A stretch of 64,000 nucleotides of DNA from a virus (IMGVR_UViG_3300006754_000011:1-64000), one strand, 5' to 3'. Shown: positions 19,248 through 29,103, numbered from the stretch's first letter. The notes: generated from the sequence alone by a model not told the origin. Program-made: numbers and translations.

Positions 19248-19652
19248 ATGGCCACCCAAGTACAATTCCGAAGAGGAACAACAGGAGAAAATGACAACTT
19301 TAAAGGAGTTGTTGGAGAAATTACTGTTGATACATCTATAAATACTGTTCGTATTCATGACGGGAGTGTTGTCGGAGGTTTCCCTTTATTACGAAATGAT
19401 GGCAGTAATTGTGAACTAGCAATTGGTTCATTAACAAGTTGTGCTTTAAAATTTGCAGGAGATCCTAATACTGGAGTTATTAGACCAGGTGCTGACCAAT
19501 TAGGTTTAGTTACTGGAGGAGTTGCTAGGCTTACAATAGATGCAGCAGGCGCTATTACTATTCCAGGGAATTTAAATATCTCAGGAAATCTAAGTGTAAC
19601 TGGTGCCGCCAGCATCGGTGACCAACTCGCTCTTATACTCGCATTAAGCTAA
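19248..19652 (+). CDS. Tail protein with Mtd N-terminal-like domain
   Basis: QVQFRRGTT...GEITVDT...RIHDG...GGFPL. Confidence 0.65.
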   Translation: MATQVQFRRGTTGENDNFKGVVGEITVDTSINTVRIHDGSVVGGFPLLRNDGSNCELAIGSLTSCALKFAGDPNTGVIRPGADQLGLVTGGVARLTIDAAGAITIPGNLNISGNLSVTGAASIGDQLALILALS

Positions 19653-19994
19653 ATGGCAAATACTTTCAAAATTGAAACTAAATCGAGTGTTGTAACAGAT
19701 GCAGTTACCCATTCAAACTCAAATGTATTATCCGCTGGAGGGTCAGCTACATTAATTCTTTTAAGTATATTAATTTCAAATAAAACAGGTTCTAGTGTTG
19801 ATGCAGATGTTTATTTAGTTACAAGTTCAGGTGATGATATTTATATCATTAAGACAGCTCCTATACCTGCGGGATCATCTCTTGAACTTATTAGCGGAAG
19901 TAAAGTAGTTATGGAATCGAGTGATATTCTACGAATACGAGCAGGAACTGCGACTTCATTAGACGCTTCTATTAGTTATCTTGAACAAACATAA
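19653..19994 (+). CDS. Small tail-fibre-associated structural protein
   Basis: MANTFK...IKTAPIPAGSSLELI.G.KVVMES.D...SYLEQT pattern that commonly follows fibres. Confidence 0.55.
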   Translation: MANTFKIETKSSVVTDAVTHSNSNVLSAGGSATLILLSILISNKTGSSVDADVYLVTSSGDDIYIIKTAPIPAGSSLELISGSKVVMESSDILRIRAGTATSLDASISYLEQT

Positions 19995-20006
19995 GGGGGA
20001 CTAATA

Positions 20007-21116
20007 ATGGCACTTACTGAAATTGATGGATCTGCTTTAGGTCCCACAGCTCAAAGAATTTTAGGAAGACGTAATTTAGTTGTTAATGGAGCTATGAATA
20101 TAGCTCAACGTGCTACAACATCTACAGCTACTGGTTATCAGACAGTTGATAGATTTGCGATTCAATATGGTGGCGCAGATGAAAATCCTACACAGGCACA
20201 AGTTGATATAACTGCTGATACAGATCCTTGGAATAAAGGGTTTAGAAAAGCTCTTAAGATTACTAATGGTGATCAAGCTAGTGGTGCCGGAGCTGCTGAT
20301 TATGTAGAAATTCAATTAAAGTTAGAAGCACAAGACATAGCCAATTCTGGTTGGGAGTATACTTCAACAAGTGACTATATAACTCTTTCTTTTTGGGTAA
20401 AATCAAGCGTTGCACAAACTTTCTATGGTTACATAGACACTATAGATGGTACAGGTCAAAGATATTCCTTTTCTTTTGCTTTATCTGCTAATACTTGGAC
20501 AAAAGTTATTAAGACAATCCCAGGTGCTGCTAATATCACTGTTAATAATGATAACGGTCAAGGTTTACTGATTTCATTTGTTCCTTTTTACGGTACTGAT
20601 TACACAAATAATAATACACTTGATACGTGGGCTGAAAAGGTCACTGGCAATTATTTTCCAGATCAAACATCAACATGGTGGACTACTGATAACGCAACTT
20701 TTGAAATAACAGGAGTTCAAGTAGAAGTAGCAAACAGTGAAACAGAATTTGAACATAGATCCTATGGTGATGAATTACTCAGGTGTCAGAGGTATTATTA
20801 TTGTGTTGCTAAAGGAGATAGTCAAAGTCTGGGATTAGGAATTATGTCAAGAACAATAGAAATGTACACTACAGTTTATTTCCCTGTAGTGATGAGAGCT
20901 ACTCCGACATTAAGTGTTACGACAGGTACAGACTTTTATAAAATACTGAGAGACAATGCTAATGATACTTTTAACGACTTTGAGCTTGGATCTGCTACAA
21001 CAAACCTTATCGGTGAATTACTCAATGATGATGAAGTATCAGGCGCGCTGGGAGATGGGGGTTTTGTGAGAACAAATAACGCTTCATCCCATGTAGGTTT
21101 TTCAGCGGAGTTATAA
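20007..21116 (+). CDS. Receptor-binding/carbohydrate-binding tail protein, copy A
   Basis: RNLVVNGAMNIAQR, TLSFWVKSS, ITGVQVEV, FEHRSYGDELLRCQRYY, MRATPT, FSAEL. Confidence 0.7.
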   Translation: MALTEIDGSALGPTAQRILGRRNLVVNGAMNIAQRATTSTATGYQTVDRFAIQYGGADENPTQAQVDITADTDPWNKGFRKALKITNGDQASGAGAADYVEIQLKLEAQDIANSGWEYTSTSDYITLSFWVKSSVAQTFYGYIDTIDGTGQRYSFSFALSANTWTKVIKTIPGAANITVNNDNGQGLLISFVPFYGTDYTNNNTLDTWAEKVTGNYFPDQTSTWWTTDNATFEITGVQVEVANSETEFEHRSYGDELLRCQRYYYCVAKGDSQSLGLGIMSRTIEMYTTVYFPVVMRATPTLSVTTGTDFYKILRDNANDTFNDFELGSATTNLIGELLNDDEVSGALGDGGFVRTNNASSHVGFSAEL

Positions 21117-21118
21117 CT

Positions 21119-21496
21119 ATGGCATTATATAAATTAGGTAAATCATACGATGGAGAAGCTGTAAGGGTTGTGTTGAAACAGGACAACCCTAATCTAACGG
21201 TTAGCATTCCATTCGATCCAGCAAACACATCCTATCAAGAGTACCTAGCTTGGATAGATGCAGGTAATACACCTGATCCTGCAGATAGTAATTTAGAGAC
21301 TTGGGAATCTATTAGAGATAAAAGAGATCAATTATTAAAAGAATCTGATTGGACAATGACAACAGGAGCAACTATTGATCAAGCACAATGGGCTGCTTAT
21401 AGAGAAAAACTTAGAGATATTCCTCAAAAGTATAGTAGTCACTCAGATGTTGTATGGCCTACACCACCTTCAACTAAAGGCCCTAATACGAAATGA
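21119..21496 (+). CDS. Tail fibre assembly chaperone-like protein
   Basis: IPFDPANTSYQEYLAW, WESIRDKRDQLLKESDW, YREKLRDIP, WPTPP. Confidence 0.7.
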   Translation: MALYKLGKSYDGEAVRVVLKQDNPNLTVSIPFDPANTSYQEYLAWIDAGNTPDPADSNLETWESIRDKRDQLLKESDWTMTTGATIDQAQWAAYREKLRDIPQKYSSHSDVVWPTPPSTKGPNTK

Positions 21497-21551
21497 TTAG
21501 AGTTGTCACTTGTAAAATAAATAAAAGCAGATACTTTTTTGTTAATTAATT

Positions 21552-22958
21552 ATGGCATATATTGGAAATAACTTACAGGTTGCTTTTGAGAGTTACCAAA
21601 ATATTGATGATATAAGTAGCAGTTTTGATGGTTCTACTACATCTTTTGCCTTACAAGTGGGTGGAGTTGCTCCTACTCCTTTTCCAAAATTAGAGCAAAA
21701 TGTTTTAATTTCTGTAGGTGGTGTAATACAGAAGCCTGATTCTGGTGGAACTACTGGATTTAAATTTACTGGAACGAATATTGTTTTTAGTTCTGCTCCA
21801 GCAACAAGTGAATCTTTCTTTGGTGTAATACTTGCAGGTGCTGATTATGTTAATGCAGGAACTAATTTTCCAGTAGGAGCTGTGGGTACACCCTCTGTCA
21901 CCTTCAAAGATGATGAAGATACTGGTTTATACCATCCATCTGCTAATACAGTTAGTGTCACAACAGGTGGAACAGAACGTGCCACTTTTGCTTCAAACGG
22001 ACGAGTTGGTATCGGAGTTACAAGTCCTAATAGAACTTTAGATATTCAGTCAGCTACAAACGATAATGGATTTTCTTTAAATTGTATAGGTACTCCTGCT
22101 AATTATTTCTTTGATATAAGAGATGATGATTCAGTTGTTTCCCGACTTGATAATGCTGGCAACCTCGGTATTGGTGAGGGTACTCCTGATGTTAGATTGC
22201 ACGTAACTGAGACATTTAATACTGCATATACTGTTGATAATGCTACTACTGAATCAAATAATTTAGTAAAACTAGAAAATCCTAGTTCAACTGCAAACGC
22301 TTTTGCTGGAATAGCCTTCCGTACCGGTAGTGGCGCGGATATGTATTTTGGATCAATACAACAGTCTGGAAATGATGGGGACTTCTATTTTGCTAATCAG
22401 AACTCAGCTAATAAAGAACTACTAAGAATAAAATCAACTGGAGATGTAAATATAGTAGATGGAAACCTAATAATAGGAACGTCTGGTCACGGTATTGACT
22501 TTAGCGCCACTGCTGACTCTGGCGGTACAGTGGCATCGGAACTTCTTGCGGATTATGAAATTGGAACTTGGACACCTCAATTAGGTGGATCTGGTAATTC
22601 CTTTACTTATCATGCTGATTGTGGTGGAAGTTATATCAAAGTCGGCCAATTAGTCACATTGCTAGGAGCTATAAGGCTAACTGCTAGAAGCGGCTCATCT
22701 CAGTTAACTCTCCATAATTTTCCATTTACTGTAGGAGATGTTTCAAGTGGAGACTCAAATCATGAAGGTGGTGTTGTCACACATTATACAGATAACTCTG
22801 CATCTGGTACTCATGGACCGCTAGGACATTGTACAAGTGGTTCTGGTAGCGTCTCCTTATCTCATCAACTTAGTAGTGGAAATGGTAGTGCTTTAAATGC
22901 TGACGAAATTGATACTACATTTGTTTGGCGATTTATGGTGACATATCCATCAGCCTAA
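21552..22958 (+). CDS. Tail fibre, copy A
   Basis: MAYIG, DDISSSFDGSTTSFAL, GRVGIGVTSP, GIDFSAT, DYEIGTWTP. Confidence 0.75.
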   Translation: MAYIGNNLQVAFESYQNIDDISSSFDGSTTSFALQVGGVAPTPFPKLEQNVLISVGGVIQKPDSGGTTGFKFTGTNIVFSSAPATSESFFGVILAGADYVNAGTNFPVGAVGTPSVTFKDDEDTGLYHPSANTVSVTTGGTERATFASNGRVGIGVTSPNRTLDIQSATNDNGFSLNCIGTPANYFFDIRDDDSVVSRLDNAGNLGIGEGTPDVRLHVTETFNTAYTVDNATTESNNLVKLENPSSTANAFAGIAFRTGSGADMYFGSIQQSGNDGDFYFANQNSANKELLRIKSTGDVNIVDGNLIIGTSGHGIDFSATADSGGTVASELLADYEIGTWTPQLGGSGNSFTYHADCGGSYIKVGQLVTLLGAIRLTARSGSSQLTLHNFPFTVGDVSSGDSNHEGGVVTHYTDNSASGTHGPLGHCTSGSGSVSLSHQLSSGNGSALNADEIDTTFVWRFMVTYPSA

Positions 22959-23022
22959 AACAGACCGTTTGCACGTCTAAAAACTACGCCATAAACCTGT
23001 TTCGTTCGGAGAACGTCCCTAA

Positions 23023-23316
23023 ATGGCAATCACAAAAACAACTGAAAACGACAAGATAGAAGTCGTTAGTAAGTGGAACATTCAAGTAAGAAAAGCAACT
23101 ATCATTAAAGAAGACGGTAAAGAACTAACTCGTACTTTTCATCGTAAGGTTTTAACACCAGGAACACTTGATGCAAGTGATAAATTAGTTGAGACAGATA
23201 TCAGTGGAGAGGACAGTGATGTTCAAGCAATCTGTAATACAGCTTGGACTTCTCAAGTTAAAACAGACTTTACTGCTTTCCTAGTAGCTAATAAACCCAC
23301 TCCACCATCTAGCTAA
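23023..23316 (+). CDS. Small fibre-associated protein
   Basis: DKIEVV..IQVRKATII..DG.ELTRTFHR; SD GGAG upstream. Confidence 0.6.
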   Translation: MAITKTTENDKIEVVSKWNIQVRKATIIKEDGKELTRTFHRKVLTPGTLDASDKLVETDISGEDSDVQAICNTAWTSQVKTDFTAFLVANKPTPPSS

Positions 23317-23325
23317 TAAAAATTA

Positions 23326-23817
23326 ATGAAACCGCCTAATACGAATAACTGTTATAACTTTAGAGTTATCTCTGTTGATCGTGTTGTCGATGGCGATACC
23401 ATAGATGTAACTTTAGATTTAGGTTTTAATATTTGTAAATCTGAAAGAATTCGAGTAGCAGGAATTGATACGCCTGAAAAACGTACTCGTAATTTAGAAG
23501 AGAAAGAATTAGGTATTGATGCTACAGAATGGATTAAAGCTAAATTAGAAGGTGCAATTACTGGCGAAGAAGATTTAGTTATTAAAACTGAATTAGAAGG
23601 AGGTATGGGTAAATATGGAAGACTTCTTGGCTGGCTTTATATAGGATATCCAAAATGTAATGCTGATTGTAATTGTGAGTGTCATCAACAAAAATCTATT
23701 AATGAATTAATCGTTGAAGAAGGATATGCATGGGAGTATGATGGGGGCACAAAAACTAAAGACTTGGATGATTTAAGAAAGATTCGTCAATTAAAAGGTA
23801 CTTTAGTTATTCCCTAA
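23326..23817 (+). CDS. Thermonuclease (SNase-like)
   Basis: RVVDGDTIDV, RIRVAGIDTPE, GKYGRLLG, INELIVEEGYA. Confidence 0.85.
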   Translation: MKPPNTNNCYNFRVISVDRVVDGDTIDVTLDLGFNICKSERIRVAGIDTPEKRTRNLEEKELGIDATEWIKAKLEGAITGEEDLVIKTELEGGMGKYGRLLGWLYIGYPKCNADCNCECHQQKSINELIVEEGYAWEYDGGTKTKDLDDLRKIRQLKGTLVIP

Positions 23818-23830
23818 TCGGAGAAATGTC

Positions 23831-24073
23831 GTGCAAAAAATTATAAATGTCATCGCAGTTTCGGCTGGTGTTGTATCTCTTGCCGTTATTGGGAGTGGTT
23901 TATATATATACGTACAGCGAGATAAACTCATTAATAACATCAAGTCACAAGTTATGGAAGCAGTTTCTGGATCACTTCCTTCCTTGGTTGATACAAAAAT
24001 GCCTTCACTTCCTACAGCAACTGGAGGAGCTTTAATGAGTCCAGGTTTAGGTATGGGTATTCCGAAATTCTAA
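23831..24073 (+). CDS. Small membrane-anchored protein
   Basis: GTG start with GGAG SD; N-terminal TM segment. Confidence 0.6.
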   Translation: MQKIINVIAVSAGVVSLAVIGSGLYIYVQRDKLINNIKSQVMEAVSGSLPSLVDTKMPSLPTATGGALMSPGLGMGIPKF

Positions 24074-24840
24074 TGGCTGAAATTCCTGATATTCAAATCA
24101 GGAATGTTCATCTAAATTCAGTTCCTGATTATTTAATATATCCTCCTCATAATATTCCTGTTGCTGTACCTGTAACAGTAAAAATAGGAGTACCGATTAT
24201 TGATATGCCTGGCTGTGTTGAAGCACACGATGGCAATAGAAATTCTAGAACATTAGTTGATAATGATCCTAAAGGTTCAAGAGTATTTTGTGATGGGCAT
24301 GTGCCAAGTTATCGGTCAATGGATTATGTACCTGAACAATTAGTTTATACAAAAGAAGCAGATGTTCCACCTATACAGTCTCCACCAGATGCAGGAGAAG
24401 TAGAAGCACCGAAGACTGATATTCCTGATATTCCTAAAGAAGAGGTTCCTTGTCCTGGACCTAATGCACCCCGTATAGGTGATATAGCACAGAATAAAAA
24501 AGAGAAAGTAAAAGGATTTGAATTAAATGAAGATAAAACAATTTGTATTACTTTGTATGAAGACATAGGAATAGTTCAACAATATTTACCTGCACCTCAA
24601 GTTGTAACAACTACTGCGGCAATTGCGACGGTGGCAACGACATCGGCCCTCCTAGCAAAACCTCTGGCTGATCTTCTTCTAAAGGTGGTGAAGCCTGCTG
24701 TGAAAAAGGCCATTGGAGCCATCCAAACCAAGCTCGGTCGGAAACCTCGGAAACTGACTCTTTCTGAGGTGAAATCAAATCTTTATCGAGAGAAGAGGGG
24801 TTTACTTCCTTTGAAGGAATTGAAGAGGAAGAAGAATTAA
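24073..24840 (+). CDS. Pro-rich membrane protein with Cys pairs
   Basis: GCVEAH..FCDG, PCPG..IC, Ala/Thr TM helix, basic tail. Confidence 0.6.
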   Translation: MAEIPDIQIRNVHLNSVPDYLIYPPHNIPVAVPVTVKIGVPIIDMPGCVEAHDGNRNSRTLVDNDPKGSRVFCDGHVPSYRSMDYVPEQLVYTKEADVPPIQSPPDAGEVEAPKTDIPDIPKEEVPCPGPNAPRIGDIAQNKKEKVKGFELNEDKTICITLYEDIGIVQQYLPAPQVVTTTAAIATVATTSALLAKPLADLLLKVVKPAVKKAIGAIQTKLGRKPRKLTLSEVKSNLYREKRGLLPLKELKRKKN

Positions 24841-25660
24841 TTTCAGGTATTGAATGTTTATGTTGTCCTACAACTCCTGGAGGATTCACAAGAACAACAT
24901 CTGAACAAATAGCAGCATATTTAGATTTTGGATGAAACATAATTCCTGCTTTCATTAGTTCACCGCAATTTTTTAATCTTGCGATTTCAAAATCTAAGCG
25001 CTTATTAGCAACTAATTGATTACGCATAGCAATATGAGAATCGACGCTTTGCTTACATCTATCTTGTAAACTTCCATCTAAAGGCATAGAGAAAGTAGCT
25101 GAAATTCCCCAGTTAAAAGTAAAAGTATCTTTTTGTCCTGTTCTAGTTGGTACATAATAAAGAATTTCTCCTGGATTATTTAAGTTTCCATCATCATCAG
25201 TTGTCATGTCGTAGACAGGCGTATCATAAAATTCTTCATTAGGAAGCTGCCAAGATTTTGTATCAGTTAAAAATGGCGTAATATTTAAAGTAGGACCCTG
25301 GCACGAGATTCCGTCCCCATAGGTATCGGTAATGTACGGTCCTTGTAATACTTGGATGGCTTGGTTGGTAACAGAGCCTGAGCTATTAGCCACAGGATTA
25401 GCAGTGGCGCTAACACCACCAACACTCTCTGCGCGTACTGGCGTGGGGAATAAAACATTCGCATTTAATAATATTAATAAAAAATATTTTACTGACTGAA
25501 GGTACTTGTTGTATCTGTGACTGATGTTATTTCTGTCACTCTTTGAATTATTGTTTGAGTCGATAATCCTGGTTGACTTAATGTAGCAGAAAATTGCCAA
25601 GGCTGTGTTGCATCCTTTATTGAAAAGTTTGGCATTTCGTTTGCATTTAAGCTCGTCCAT
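24611..25660 (-). CDS. Exported protein, start uncertain
   Basis: Signal-peptide-like KYFLLILL...PVRA-ES followed by VGGVSATANPVANSSGSVTNQAIQ. Confidence 0.6.
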   Translation of the reverse strand: MDELKCKRNAKLFNKGCNTALAIFCYIKSTRIIDSNNNSKSDRNNISHRYNKYLQSVKYFLLILLNANVLFPTPVRAESVGGVSATANPVANSSGSVTNQAIQVLQGPYITDTYGDGISCQGPTLNITPFLTDTKSWQLPNEEFYDTPVYDMTTDDDGNLNNPGEILYYVPTRTGQKDTFTFNWGISATFSMPLDGSLQDRCKQSVDSHIAMRNQLVANKRLDFEIARLKNCGELMKAGIMFHPKSKYAAICSDVVLVNPPGVVGQHKHSIPEINSSSSSIPSKEVNPSSLDKDLISPQKESVSEVSDRAWFGWLQWPFSQQASPPLEEDQPEVLLGGPMSLPPSQLPQ

Positions 25661-25914
25661 GTAGAAGATATTCCATTAACCGAATTAGAACTATTCGTTG
25701 CGGACGGTACTAGACTATCTCCACTATGCTTAATATTAGTTCCTGTCACTGTATATTGCCATCCTGTTTGATAATCAATCGAATTAATTGTTTCTGTTAC
25801 TTTTGAAGTCGTTTCAGTATGAGAAGTCATACTACCACTTTGAAAATTAGGAACAACAGGAACTGCATTTACAGGTGAAGCAAATAATAGTAACAACCAT
25901 AAAAGTCGTTTCAT
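25489..25914 (-). CDS. Exported Thr/Ser-rich protein
   Basis: Signal peptide MKRLLWLLLLFASPVNA. Confidence 0.7.
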   Translation of the reverse strand: MKRLLWLLLLFASPVNAVPVVPNFQSGSMTSHTETTSKVTETINSIDYQTGWQYTVTGTNIKHSGDSLVPSATNSSNSVNGISSTWTSLNANEMPNFSIKDATQPWQFSATLSQPGLSTQTIIQRVTEITSVTDTTSTFSQ

Positions 25915-25916
25915 TT

Positions 25917-26426
25917 CTAATCCACAGTTAGTTCACTTACAAATTGTCCAGTTGCAGTCGTACCAGCACCTCCAGCGGTAATTGTCATTACTCCTGAACT
26001 TAAAATTGTTCCTGCAAGAGTACCTGCTACGCCACCAGATTGTGTTGTTGTTGCTCCAAATGCTGGCATATCTGCAACAACTCCAGATGTAACATCAACA
26101 CCAGCTCCTATTGCTGGGACAGCATCTCCTTGAGTAAATCCTTCCGAGAATGAAAATGCAGATCCTACAGTATTTACATCATAAGTACCTGCTTTCATAG
26201 TTGCTGCTGTTGTTGCACTACCAGCTGTTAAGCCTCCAAATACATCACTATTTCCTGTTCCAACTTTTATATTTGAACCTGAAACTGTATAGGTACTTCC
26301 TATTCTTTCTGCAGCTGTTGCTGCACCGTTAACGGTTAATTGAGTGCTTGTTGATAAACGATGTACTAAATCTGCGCGAGCACTAGGCGCAACAAATAAT
26401 ATTAACAGTGGTAAAAGTTTCCACAT
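25917..26426 (-). CDS. Exported Gly/Thr-rich beta protein
   Basis: Signal peptide MWKLLPLLILFVAPSARA. Confidence 0.7.
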   Translation of the reverse strand: MWKLLPLLILFVAPSARADLVHRLSTSTQLTVNGAATAAERIGSTYTVSGSNIKVGTGNSDVFGGLTAGSATTAATMKAGTYDVNTVGSAFSFSEGFTQGDAVPAIGAGVDVTSGVVADMPAFGATTTQSGGVAGTLAGTILSSGVMTITAGGAGTTATGQFVSELTVD

Positions 26427-26497
26427 ACTAAAAATTAATACTTACCTTTATTATAAGTTTATATGATTGTAAACTTAGAAAGTATTGCCACTATACG

Positions 26498-26959
26498 ATG
26501 GATGAAAATGTAAAAGAGACTGTAAAAGAGTCTACAAAACAATCTGAAAAGAAGAAAAGTCTTTTTGGAAAAGTAAAATCAGCACTCCTACCTGATCAAG
26601 AAGAACAGGCTGCAATTGTCTCTACCATGGTGAGAATTGGAGTACTTGTTTGGAGTGGTGGAATTCTTACATTAAACTATGTAACGATACCTGGACTCGT
26701 ACAGCAAAAAATAGATCCAACTTTCATCGCGTCGGTCTTCACTGGAGTTTTAGCCAGTTTTGGAATTCAGACAGCAAGTAAAAAAGGTGATGGAACTATG
26801 AAAATGAATGGTGAAAGTGGACAAGTAAGTAAGAAAGATATGGAACAAATGATTGAAAAAGCTGCAGCTAATTCTTCTGTACAAACTATTAGAATTGAGC
26901 AAGCTCCTTTAGTTATTAAAGCTGAAAATCCTCAAGAGAAAGATAAATATCAAATGTAA
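26498..26959 (+). CDS. Two-TM membrane protein (holin candidate)
   Basis: VRIGVLVWSGGILTLNYV and PTFIASVFTGVLASFGI. Confidence 0.5.
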   Translation: MDENVKETVKESTKQSEKKKSLFGKVKSALLPDQEEQAAIVSTMVRIGVLVWSGGILTLNYVTIPGLVQQKIDPTFIASVFTGVLASFGIQTASKKGDGTMKMNGESGQVSKKDMEQMIEKAAANSSVQTIRIEQAPLVIKAENPQEKDKYQM

Positions 26960-27011
26960 AGCAGATCAAAGCCTAGTTTGAAGAGGATAACTGATGTAAG
27001 ATTCTCATAGT

Positions 27012-27478
27012 TTGTCCTCTTCTTTCATGGGTCTTGATCTAGCTAATATCGGTTCTCAAGTTGATACTCAGTTATCTGATTTAACTCAGCAGATTAGAAC
27101 TGCTGAAGATAGTTTAATGCGTTTAAAAGAGACTTATTTAAAAGTACAAGGAGCTAAAGAGATGCTTACTATCATTAGAGAAGAAGATAAACCAGCTGTA
27201 ACCACTCCTGAACACAGCATGGTAACTGATACAGCAGAATACATTCCAGATGGCACGGCAGACTGATGTTAACTGAATTCACTAAAGGACGTTACAAAGC
27301 TCTAGAATTACTTTCAGAGTATTTAAAAACTCCTCCACGTGAATTAAGACTCGACGCAATTTTTAGAAATATACCAGAAGAAGATCTTCGCTGGGTAACT
27401 GAACGTTTTCATTACTACGTTCTAAAATTGCTTGAAGAAGCAGAAGATAAAGTACAAAGAGAAGACTATATAAAATAG
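27012..27478 (+). CDS. Two coupled small hypothetical genes (27012-27266 coiled coil; 27266-27478)
   Basis: ORF track; TGATG coupling. Confidence 0.5.
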
Positions 27479-27517
27479 AATGATAACTTAGAGCATTCAC
27501 AAAAAAAGCATTTCATC

Positions 27518-27757
27518 ATGGCAATAGATAAAAGGATTCAGTATAGAGATGTTGTAGAAGGCTCTCCACAAGAGCGACAACTTGCTAGTGATAATTATGA
27601 TGCAGGTAAAGCAAAAGAAGCAAAGACTTTTTTAGGTAATAAAGCAGAAGATATTATTCAACAGTTAAGAGACGGGCGTTTAAAAACTAATGATGCTTTT
27701 TCTGATCGACCTAGTATGGAATTAGCTTCTAATGAAAGAAATGATAATTATCTCTAA
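27518..27757 (+). CDS. Small charged hypothetical protein
   Basis: 79-aa ORF. Confidence 0.5.
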   Translation: MAIDKRIQYRDVVEGSPQERQLASDNYDAGKAKEAKTFLGNKAEDIIQQLRDGRLKTNDAFSDRPSMELASNERNDNYL

Positions 27758-27787
27758 TGAATAAAGAAGAAAAATGGTTATTAAAAT

Positions 27788-28594
27788 CTAATCTGTCATC
27801 TTAAGTAAAGGCCACGATCTAAACCATTTAGTAATTATATATTTATTCCCACTGATTGGAGGTAAAGCTTCATGCAAGGTTTTATAATTTGGCCAACCAT
27901 TTTTATAAAGATTATTCCAAAAGACTGCTGTACCCTTTTTAGGTTTAATTTTTAAATTTAAATGTTTAAAATAAGTTTCTCCTCCTTCTTCAACATCATT
28001 TAAATAAACCGTGAATGTCCATGTACGTTGACCCATCCATTCTGTATATGTTTTATATTCAGTTGTAAAGCGAGGAAAATAATCATGATGAGCTTTATAA
28101 AATTCTCCTGGTAAGTAGCGTTGAGCTTGTACCCATTCTGCGAGAAGACAGTCCAATCCCATGTAATTTGCGATTACTTCATTTAAATCTGTACCTACAT
28201 CACTTAATCTGTAATCAAAACCAGATGTACTTGATGTTCTATAGTCGCTATGTACAATGTTATCGTCTTCATTTGCAACAGTAGAAGGAACTAATTCTTC
28301 ACACATTTGTTTGATTGCTATCTCACAATTTTCTTCACTAAGAAAATTATCTTGAATATAAATTTGAGTAAAAGGAAATTTAATTCTTTTTGCAGTAGAT
28401 GGAATAGCTAAATTATAAAATTTTTCATAATTAATAAATAAAGGTTTCAGATTCAAGCCTGGATCAGAAATTAATTTATTTATTTCCTTATCAGTAAGCT
28501 TATAAGCTTCTTTATATTCACGTATCAAATAAGTTTTAGTTGCTCCTGATATAGCAGCAATTAAGAAATCTTGCTTAATTGGTTCATCTATCAT
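27788..28594 (-). CDS. Prolyl 4-hydroxylase-like 2OG-Fe(II) oxygenase
   Basis: RTSS, QAQRY..GEFYKAHHDYF (HxD), YLNDVEEGGET.F, TLHEALP, KYIITKW. Confidence 0.88.
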   Translation of the reverse strand: MIDEPIKQDFLIAAISGATKTYLIREYKEAYKLTDKEINKLISDPGLNLKPLFINYEKFYNLAIPSTAKRIKFPFTQIYIQDNFLSEENCEIAIKQMCEELVPSTVANEDDNIVHSDYRTSSTSGFDYRLSDVGTDLNEVIANYMGLDCLLAEWVQAQRYLPGEFYKAHHDYFPRFTTEYKTYTEWMGQRTWTFTVYLNDVEEGGETYFKHLNLKIKPKKGTAVFWNNLYKNGWPNYKTLHEALPPISGNKYIITKWFRSWPLLKMTD

Positions 28595-28884
28595 TTTTTT
28601 CTGTATCTTACTCTTAAACTATAGGAAGTAAAGAGGCAATGCAAGAATGAGCGCAGTTATCCTTACTTCTTTTATGATTTTTTATGCCATGTATCTTAGT
28701 AGCTCTTATCTATTAACACATGACTATGAAAGAGAAGAGAAGGATTTTCATTTACAAGCTTTAAAGAGGTATAAAAAAATACGAAATCAAACCTAGTGTC
28801 CACATTGGCAGTTTTTTTATCCTTGACTTGAAATATCCTTATGGTTATTACTGTTAGGATGAGTAAATAACGACGGAAACTCAC

Positions 28885-29103
28885 TTGGCTTCCATGCTAG
28901 ATCTGCCCGTTGATCAGCAATTTGCTATTCATGCAGCGGCAGTCGCAATCAAAGAACTTGATCGAGAAGAGCTAGAAGAAGCTTTTGTTGACATGCTTCA
29001 CCAAAAAGCTACTGAACGTCAGATCTTTTTGAACATTTTAAAAGAACATGGTATCGATGCCGATATCAGTTTTAAATTTTTAAAAGCAAACCAGAACTCT
29101 TAA
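28885..29103 (+). CDS. nblA: NblA-like phycobiliprotein degradation adaptor
   Basis: LDLPVDQQFAI...IKELDREELEEAFVDMLHQ...IFLNILK aligns by eye with the NblA L-S/T-x-E-Q-x-F...L..Q...LLK helix-loop-helix; size fits. Confidence 0.6.
   Translation: MASMLDLPVDQQFAIHAAAVAIKELDREELEEAFVDMLHQKATERQIFLNILKEHGIDADISFKFLKANQNS

Noticed and set aside
19248-19652. Diversity-generating retroelement, suggested by the Mtd-like N-terminus and repeated tail sequences
   Set aside because: No reverse transcriptase in the window, and mismatches between the 43-nt copies are not adenine-specific
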